Part shown: positions 54,346 to 64,000 of the stretch, piece by piece
Layout of the letters: each line of letters starts with the position of its first letter
How positions within the stretch are numbered: the first letter of the stretch is position 1
Assembly: GCA_951406725.2 (NCBI GenBank)
Contig: OX597818.1
Location: 137,020,001-137,084,000, forward strand
DNA length: 64,000 nucleotides
Source: Octopus vulgaris
Taxonomy: Eukaryota
Direction of reading: 5' to 3'
Program-made: the position numbers and the translations under genes
Notes under the pieces: generated by a model
What the model saw: the letters and a program-made list of their open reading frames with translations, nothing else
Told to the model about the DNA's origin: nothing
Databases searched by the model: none

Positions 54346-54764
54346 TTAGAGGAAAACCTGTATATTAAACAATTCAATAGTGAAATACGTTATTCACACC
54401 ATTTAGAAAAAGTTAAATATATTATAGAAAACATTACTCTAAAAATCAATAGAGTACATATGTTTATGTACTCTATTGATTTTTGGAATAATGTTTTCTA
54501 TAGTATATTTAACTTTTTCTAAATGGTGTGAATAACCTCTTTCACTATTGAATTGTTTAATAGAGGTTTTCCTCTAAATTTTATACATATATTGTGAAAT
54601 TTGATATAGAATTGCTAAATTGAATGGTTGGCTTTGGTGAAATTTGAATTTGAAATGTTGAGGGCCGTCACTAAAGTCCGCACCACATTCTTTAGAACAC
54701 TCTAACTTTGCGGGCTATCCACCACTATTATATTTTTTCTCTTTCTCTTTTTCTCTTTTTTCCT

Positions 54765-55158
54765 CTTTTACTTGTTTCAGTCATTTGACTGCGGCCATGC
54801 TGGAGCACCGCCTTTAGTCGAGCAAATCGACCCTGGGACTTATTCTTTGTAAGCCCAGTACTTATTCTATCGGTCTCTTTTTGCCGAACCGCTAAGTGAC
54901 GGGGACGTAAACACACCAGCATCGGTTGTCAAGCAATGCTAGGGGGACAAACACAGACACACAAGCACACACATATATACATATATATATATATACGACA
55001 GGCTTCTTTCAGTTTCCGTCTACCAAATCCACTCACAAGGCATTGGTCGGCCCGGGGCTATAGCAGAAGACACTTGCCCAAGATGCCACGCAGTGGGACT
55101 GAACCCGGAACCATGTGGCTGGTAAGCAAGCTACTTACCATACAGCCACTCCTGCGCC
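54765..55158 (-). mobile_element. Full-length family C SINE
   Basis: Reverse complement of the 3957 and 21689 copies. Confidence 0.9.
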
Positions 55159-55571
55159 TAGAACATATATAAAAAAAAACAACAAAAAAAAAAACGATGA
55201 TTTTGATAATTCCATGAGAAATATGACAGAATTTCTAATTTTTGCTATAGGTAAGGGGACAGCAAGTTTTGGGCGAAGTCGATTACATCGATCATAATGC
55301 TCAACTGGTACATATTTTATCGATCCCCAAAGCATAAAAAGCTAAACGGCTTCAGCAGAGCTTGAACTCAGAACGTAAATACTGTTAAGTATTTTGTCCG
55401 ATGTGCTAACGATTCTGCATGCTCGCTGCCTTGAACATTTAGGAAATTAACTGACTGTTGTATTTAGCCAAAGGCCAGATTTGATTCTATGACCAAAAGC
55501 GTTCTATTCACAACTATCTTGTCTGATTTATTTCTGTCATAGTATATCTAAGACTACAATATAGAAATAAG

Positions 55572-55957
55572 TGTGGAGTCGCAATGGCCCAGTGGTTAGG
55601 GCAGCGGACTCGCGGTCATAGGATCGCGGTTTCGATTCCCAGACCGGGCGTTGTGAGTGTTTATTGAGCGAAAACACCTAAAGCTCCACCAGGCTCCGGC
55701 AGGAAATGGTGATGATCCCTGCTGTACTCTTTCACCACAACTTTCTCTCACTCTTACTTCCTGTTTCTGTTGTATCTGTATTTCAAAGGGCCGGCCTTGT
55801 CACTCTCTGTGTCACGCTGAATATCCCCGAGAACTACGTTAAGGGTACACGTGTCTGTGGAGTGTTCAGCCACTTACATGTTAATTTCACGAGCAGGCTG
55901 TTCCGTTGATTCGGATCAACCGGAACCCTCGTCGTCGTAACCGACGGAGTGCTTCCA
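55572..55957 (+). mobile_element. Family B SINE, tail type 1
   Basis: TSD atagaaataagt. Confidence 0.9.
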
Positions 55958-56948
55958 TCCCATAGAAATAAGTTCTTCCTTCATTTTATTACGGAAGCGT
56001 GTGATTTGTAACAGATTCGGCAGCAAACTTGTCTTAGATCAAGCGATCCTAAAACTGCATCACGGTTGGTTTGTTGGTTGTAACTTCGACAAAGGTCACT
56101 GCTTCATTGCGAGTATAACTGTGACATTGGTTAGTTTTGATTCTCTACGTTCTGGTTTCAAATTACGCCTATGTGCCTATTCGAAAGTTTTAAGCTGAGT
56201 GAGGAAAATGGTAAAAAAAATGCGAGATAAATGGTGGTGGTTAGAGTCAATAGAGGGAATTCCTTTGTTGGAGACTTAATACCTATGTCTGTCCTTGTTT
56301 GTCCCCTCTATGTTTAGCCCCTTGTGGGTAATAAAGAAATAGGTACGTAAATAAGTATCTGTGTAAGTGTGCGTATATATATATTTATATGTATATGTGT
56401 TTGTGTGTGTGTATGTGTCTGTGCATGCGTGTGTACACACATATGTGTTTTCTTTCTTCGTTTCTTCCTTTCCGTCGTTTACTCTTTTTCTTCTCCTTCA
56501 CCACCATCATCATTATCGACATTGTCATCGTCATCACCGTCATCATCGTCGTCATCATCGTAACCACCACCACAACCACCACCACCACCACCATTATCAG
56601 CACCACCAGGAGGCCGTCGACGAACATCACCGCCACTATCACTACCACCATCACCACCTTCTTCTTCTTCTTCTTCTTCTTCTTCTTCTTCTTCTTCTTC
56701 TTCTTCTTCTTCTTCTTCACTCCCACTCTCCACACCCTCGCCTCCTATCACATACTACTTCAACCCTTCCCCCACTGCACACTTTATGCCCCCCTCCCAC
56801 CCTGCGCATCTTTTCCTTTTCGGAATACCCGAGGGCATTCCGGAAAAGTATTGCTATGAATCTGGTTCGCTTAAAGAAATCAGAGAAAAGATTAGCGTTG
56901 CTAGTCGACCGGAGGGTGGGAGGCATGTGTATACATATATGTCTGTGT

Positions 56949-57028
<80 letters not shown>

Positions 57029-57039
57029 GTATATATGTA

Positions 57040-57077
57040 TCTATATATGTATGTATGTATGTACGTATGTATGTATG

Positions 57078-57111
<34 letters not shown>

Positions 57112-57141
57112 TGTATGTATGTATGTATGTATGTATGTATG

Positions 57142-57172
<31 letters not shown>

Positions 57173-57209
57173 TTATGTATGTACGTATGTATGTATATAT
57201 GTATGTATG

Positions 57210-57243
<34 letters not shown>

Positions 57244-57595
57244 TGTACGTATGTATGTATGTATGTATGTATGTACGTACGTATGTATGCATGTATGTAT
57301 GTATGTATGTATGTATGTATGTATGTATGTATGTATGTATGTATGTATGTATGTATGTATGTATGTATGTATGTATGTATGTGTGTATGTATGTATGTAT
57401 GTATGTATGTATGTATGTATGTGTGTATGTATGTATGTATGTATGTATGTATGTGTGTATGTATGTATGTATGTATGTATGTATGTATGTGTGTGTATGT
57501 ATGTATGTATGTATGTATGTGTGTGTGTATGTATGTATGTATGTATGTATGTATGTATGTATGTATGTGTGTATGTATGTATGTATGTATGTATG

Positions 57596-57629
<34 letters not shown>

Positions 57630-57870
57630 CGTATGTATGTATGTATGTATGTATGTATGTATGTATGTACGTATGTATGTATGTATGTATGTATGTATGT
57701 ATGTATATATATTTATGTATGTATGTATGTATGTGTGTATGTATGTATGTATGTATGTATATATGTATGTATGTATGTATGTTTGTGAGTATGTATGTAT
57801 GTATATATGTACGTACGTATATATATATATGTATGTATGTATGTATGCATGTATGTATGTATGTATGTAT
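57040..57870. repeat. About 830-bp (TATG)n microsatellite
   Basis: Visible simple repeat; accounts for the 295-506 aa ORFs. Confidence 0.98.
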
Positions 57871-58147
57871 AGGTGGCAATGAGCTAAGAGCGGGGATGTG
57901 TGTAAGATGAAGCGAACGAGAAACGTCTCGGGGAGTGAGTTGTTGTTGTCGTGGTCCACTCCCATTACATTTTTCTGGCGCTCCGGGGCGAAATTTATAC
58001 ACGATCAACGCCATCATAAAGAGGTCCTGCACACAATCGGGCAAGCTGAAGGGAGAGACGAACGGATGGCCAGAGAGAGAGAGAGAGTGAGTGAGAGAGA
58101 GAGAGAGAGGGGAGGTGGCCCAGGAAATAGAATTGATGCTTGTATAA

Positions 58148-58268
<121 letters not shown>

Positions 58269-58292
58269 GCATATATATATATGTATATATAT

Positions 58293-58346
<54 letters not shown>

Positions 58347-58703
58347 ATATGTATATATGTCTGTGTATATGCACACACGTGCATGTTAATACTTTTCAAA
58401 CAAAGTGTAAAAATAAACACTCACTTTCATATATGTCATTTCCGTTTTCTATCATACTTTAAAAAAAAAATATGAACAGAATATATTCTTTGATTTGACT
58501 TATGCTTACACACATACATACTCACACATACACACATACACAGACACACACACATACAGACACAGATCCACACACACAAACACACACATACAGACACACA
58601 TATACATACGTAGATACACACATAGAGACACACGTACAGAAACACACACACACTCGCGCACACCGACATACATACACACACACATGTTCACACACATATA
58701 CAT

Positions 58704-58734
<31 letters not shown>

Positions 58735-58831
58735 CGTATACATACATGCACATATGTACAAATATTACATACACAGGTGCACTCACACATATCAACATAC
58801 AGTACATGCATATACATATACACGCACAGAT

Positions 58832-58872
<41 letters not shown>

Positions 58873-58892
58873 TACACACACATACAAAAATG

Positions 58893-59150
58893 TGAAGGTG
58901 CGCCCCTAGCGGTTAGAGCGTTGTCCTTATGATGGCAAGATCGTGGTTTCGAAACCCTGACCAGATAGTGCTTTGTGTTCTTGAGCAATGCGCTTCATTT
59001 CACGCTGCTCTGTGATCATTCCGACACCTGACGTGTGGCACACCGTGCACCTGTACAGGTAATATCGATTTTATCGAGTGAGTTCATGTACATAAACGTT
59101 TGATCATTATAAACAAATCTATGCCGGTTGTTCAACAAGAAATCACGGTT
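58893..59150 (+). mobile_element. tRNA-derived SINE (family D/E)
   Basis: Similar to 41811. Confidence 0.65.
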
Positions 59151-59187
59151 TTAGAGCAAACAAGTCCATATTGTACCCTGACTTCTA

Positions 59188-59218
<31 letters not shown>

Positions 59219-59296
59219 TGTATGTATGTATGTATGTATGTATGTATGTATGTATGTATGTTTGTATGTTTGTATGTATGTATGTATGTATGTATG

Positions 59297-59348
<52 letters not shown>

Positions 59349-59445
59349 ACGGGAAGCTTTATGAAAATAAACAAAAGACGAAGGCAGGTGGAATACAAAC
59401 AAACAATTGTATTAGTATGGCGCTCAGGAATATAAATAAAACAAG

Positions 59446-59483
59446 TCTTTTACGTTTCGAGCCTACGCACTTCAACAGAAAGA
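59446..59483 (-). ncRNA. Minimal hammerhead-like motif, A6U variant (element 59347-59557)
   Basis: UCUUU-CUGUUGA-A-GUGC(guag)GCUC-GAAA-CG-UA-AAAGA. Confidence 0.5.
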
Positions 59484-60167
59484 TACACAGAAAAGAAACA
59501 CGAGAGAAACAAGGAGAGAAAAAAAAATGCGTGCAGAAGCTAGCGAATCAACATGGGATATATATATATATATATATATAGATAAGAAAGTTTGTTTGGT
59601 AAAGCACGTGGGTGAATATATAAGAAAATAGTAAAGTGTGAAAAAACGACAGAAGGCTTAAATGTTAAAAAATATATATATTTGTGTCAAAATGTCTGGA
59701 GAATATTGGAAAATTTTTTTTCCTTTCCTTAAAATGACATAATTTTAAAATTACCCCCAAACTTTTGTGAGTTGAATTAAGCAAACGCTATATATGAGAG
59801 AGATTTTCTTTAAGTATTAGAAATAGCTTTAAAAAAGTTTTTTAGCTGCTATTTCTAATGAGTTCAGTATGCGGCGAAGTAATTTATTTTACTAAGCCCT
59901 TTTATATAATATATATATATATATATGTAGGGTATGAGAGGTATTGGTGTCAAGAAGACCCAAGAGATATCGTGTAAGTGCTATGGATAGACAATGGTTG
60001 AGTTCCAGGTTCGATAATGATGTGAGTGAGGAGTCTAACGTGGGTCATGTATTAGCATGCATATATATATAGATTGACAGAGGGAGATAAAAATCCAAGG
60101 CTGTAAATAGTTTTCAGAACATTATATATATATATATAAGTATGTGTGTGTGTGTGTATATATATAT

Positions 60168-60944
60168 ATGCTTTGCTAACAGAGATAAATGCAAGGACAA
60201 CATCTTATAGTTTCCTCAATGCTATTTAAATAGCCTATATTTACATACATATGGATAGCAAATTTTATGTTAAAATATATTGAAAACAAAACTGTTCTAC
60301 CTATGGAGTTTTGCTTTATTCACGCAAACCTTCAAAAGATAAAGCGGTAGCAACACAAGTCAGGAGACGTTCGTCGCCAAATACTTTGGAACTTTAGAAA
60401 TCCGTTCAAAAATATAAACATACACGAGTAAAAAGAGAATGTAGAATACTGTTCTATTAATATAACATATATATTCCTACTCTTTCGCGCTTTCTATTTC
60501 TCATACACATACGCATGCAAACGGTGTGAGCGCGCAGACACATACACACAGACAAAGACACACACACACACGTTGAACTGAGGTTATGATTTTTAAAATT
60601 TGTTTAAAAATGAAAACCATTTACAGATTGAATTGACATAATACTTAAGAGTAGAAACATACGTTGTACAGTTCATGTTGACCAGAATTTCAAACTTCAC
60701 CGTTTCATCTTATTTAGCCAGTTTGCATGAATAATACGTTAGATCAAACTTGAAGTCCCAGTTAACATAAAATTTAATGTATGCATTTCGAAAATACCTT
60801 AAAATCAATTAAGATTCTTTATCATGTTTTCAATCTATGGAGACGTCTCTGATGATAAACCAATAAAATTCGAAAATCGATTAAGCTCCTCCTTTTTTCA
60901 GTCTGCTAAATTAGCCCTGATTATAAAGGTATTATATAGCTTAC

Positions 60945-61036
<92 letters not shown>

Positions 61037-61810
61037 GTAAGCTATATAATACCTTTATAATCAGGGCTAATTTAGCAGACTGAAAAAAGGAGGAGCTTAA
61101 TCGATTTTCGAATTTTATTGGTTTATCATCAGAGACGTCTCCATAGATTGAAAACATGATAAAGAATCTTAATTGATTTTAAGGTATTTTCGAAATGCAT
61201 ACATTAAATTTTATGTTAACTGGGACTTCAAGTTTGATCTAACGTATTATTCATGCAAACTGGCTAAATAAGATGAAACGGTGAAGTTTGAAATTCTAGT
61301 CAACATGAACTGTACAACGTATGTTTCTACTCTTAAGTATTATGTCAATTCAATCTGTAAATGGTTTTCATTTTTAAACAAATTTTAAAAATCATAACCT
61401 CAGTTCAACGTGTGTGTGTGTGTCTTTGTCTGTGTGTATGTGTCTGCGCGCTCACACGTTTGCATGCGTATGTGTATGAGAAATAGAAAGCGCGAAAGAG
61501 TAGGAATATATATGTTATATTAATAGAACAGTATTCTACATTCTCTTTTTACTCGTGTATGTTTATATGTTTGAACGGATTTCTAAAGTTCCAAAGTATT
61601 TGGCGACGAACATCTCCTGACTTCTGTTGCTACCGCTTTATCCTTTGAAGGTTTGCATGAATAAAGCAAAACCCTATAGGTAGAACACAGTTATGTTTTC
61701 AATATATTTTAACATAACATTTGTCACCCATATGTATGTAAATATAGGCTATTTAAATAGCATTGAGGAAACTATAAGATGTTGTCCTTGCATTTATCTC
61801 TGTTAGCAAA

Positions 61811-61813
<3 letters not shown>
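60168..61813. repeat. About 1.65-kb near-perfect palindrome centred on (TA)n
   Basis: Identical ORFs at 60824 (+) and 60921 (-); arms of about 780 bp. Confidence 0.95.
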
Positions 61814-61859
<46 letters not shown>

Positions 61860-61861
61860 GA

Positions 61862-61896
<35 letters not shown>

Positions 61897-62065
61897 TATT
61901 CACCTTTGAAAACATAGATTTCAAGTGAAATACATTCACTAATCTACAAAATTAGAACTATTACATTTTTAAATCTCTGAGAGAAAGATCAGAGAATATA
62001 TTTCACTTGAAATCTATATGTTTTAAAGGGTGAATAAGCATTGCCAGCTAGCAAGCCATGCTACT

Positions 62066-62106
62066 CCAGACTGATGAAGTGCAATGACTCTGAAACTAAT
62101 CTCTGG
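62066..62106 (+). ncRNA. Degenerate hammerhead motif
   Basis: CCAGA-CUGAUGA-AGU(gcaaug)ACU-CU-GAAA-CUAA-UC-UCUGG. Confidence 0.55.
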
Positions 62107-62141
62107 TTGCTGGCTTTGCTGGGTGGCGGTGTTTGATTTTA

Positions 62142-62178
<37 letters not shown>

Positions 62179-63436
62179 TATAATTAGAAACAATCATGAG
62201 CGCGTGAGTTCGATTCCCAGACAGAGCTGTGTGTTGTGTTCTTGAGCAAGATGCTTTATTTCCCGTTGCTCCAGTTCATTTAGCTGTAGAATGAATTGCC
62301 TTTCACTTGGATAACATCAGTGGCATGGAGAGGGGAAACCGGTATGCATGTGCGACTGCTGGTCATCCATAAACAACCTTGCTCGGACTTGTGCCTCGGA
62401 GGGTAACTTTCTAGGTGCAATCCCATTGTCATTCATGACTGAAGGGATGGGAGTCTTTACCCTTTTACTAATATGTATATTCGAAATTTCATATTCTCCC
62501 TCTAGCGCCCACGTGCACCTAGGTGGACTGGGACATTTAAGAGTTAAGTGTCTTAGTTAAGGACACAATGCGGAATCAAAAACAGAATGAACACGAACCC
62601 CTGCATTCTCAGCCAGTTGTTTGTTACCCTTCCTGCAGAACCTTCTTCAATTACAGGATACTTGCATCTTATTATGTCTCACTAAAAGGATTTGTCTTCA
62701 TCCTTACTGCTCCGAGCCCAGCGTCACCCAACGCTGACATATATCTACCGGCACCGTCACATATCCACAAGGCCATCACTCATCCCAGAATTCTCAACGA
62801 ACCCACCACTCAAATACTTATACACATAGACACTTCATCAGCACACCACCCGACACAAAACACCTTCAGGGACTATACCCTCAAGCAGATCCCCTCACAA
62901 GCCCATACTCTCTGGCACCTCAGACCACAACTATCCCCTGCGGTTCATCACACCCATGCACCACACCTTGCGGCACAATATCCTCCGGCACCACAGCCCA
63001 TTCACACACACACATCCCTCACCACACCATCCCCCGTGTCCACTGGCCCCAAATCACCCTCCTAATCCCTGCAGATATCGTTATCGATCACGTTTCTCCC
63101 ATATCGTCTTGCATGAATAACTTTCCAAATGTTTTCCATCTCAATCACAAAAAATTCTTTTCACTGGAAAACAGTAGAAAGTATGTATGTATGTATGTAT
63201 GTATGTATGTATGTATGTATGTATGTATGTATGTATGTATGTATGTTTGTATGTATGTATATTTACATTATGTATGCATGCATGTATATATACGTGTGTG
63301 TATGTACGTGAATATAAATATATATGCATGTTTGTATCTGTTTCTTTGAATATATATATATATGTATGTATGGATGTATGTATGTATGTATGTTTATTTG
63401 TGCATATATTTATAAACACACAAAGACACACACATC

Positions 63437-63500
<64 letters not shown>

Positions 63501-63632
63501 ATATATAATGTACAGAAATAGAGAAATTTAGACAGACAGACAGACAGGCAGACAGACAGATAGACAGGCAGACATATAGGTAGATAGATAGACTGAATAA
63601 TCGATAGGCAGTTAGATATTTAGGGAAGCCAG

Positions 63633-63663
<31 letters not shown>

Positions 63664-63795
63664 ATAGATAAACAGAGAATCGCGTAGATAGACTGGCATA
63701 ATGATTGTTAGATACATAAAGGAAACGAAAGTGAAACTGAAAGTTTGTTAAAAATAGGGAAAGGTAGAGAAAGAGAAAGAGAGGAAGAGAAAGAG

Positions 63796-63860
<65 letters not shown>

Positions 63861-63861
63861 C

Positions 63862-63903
<42 letters not shown>

Positions 63904-64000
63904 CTGGAGAGAGAGAGAAATAGGATGATGTGAATGATAATATATAGGGAAGTATGAAGGTATATAAAGGCAGAAGGAGAGAGAGAGGGGATGGAAAGCG

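Noticed and set aside
62568-63065. 165-aa ORF as a gene or PLE RT fragment
   Set aside because: C/A-biased low complexity with only a vague motif resemblance; possibly a decayed retroelement.

Overview
AT-rich, microsatellite-saturated animal DNA that is intronic or intergenic. The SINE repertoire and (TA)n/(TATG)n density suggest an octopus or other cephalopod genome (inference). No host gene is confidently identified, and nearly all ORFs in the supplied track are translations of simple repeats. The window contains several tRNA-derived SINE families, decayed mariner (DD34D-type), rosa/Visitor (DD41D; one near-intact 357-aa ORF with both TIRs) and hAT/Buster transposons, MITEs, and fragments of CR1-, RTE- and L1/Tx1-like LINEs. 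The main unexplained signal is about 17 loci with type I hammerhead-ribozyme (HHR) motifs, read by eye. They lie in short elements of unrelated sequence, mostly inserted in (TA)n tracts, with the inverted and partial-tandem architecture typical of Penelope-like elements (PLEs). Several have variant cores (compensatory U3-A8, U4C, A6U). One TSD-flanked element combines a tRNA head, (AAT)n and an HHR, and a second copy of that cassette sits just downstream of a PLE GIY-YIG-like C-terminus. All structures were read manually; ribozyme activity and novelty are untested.
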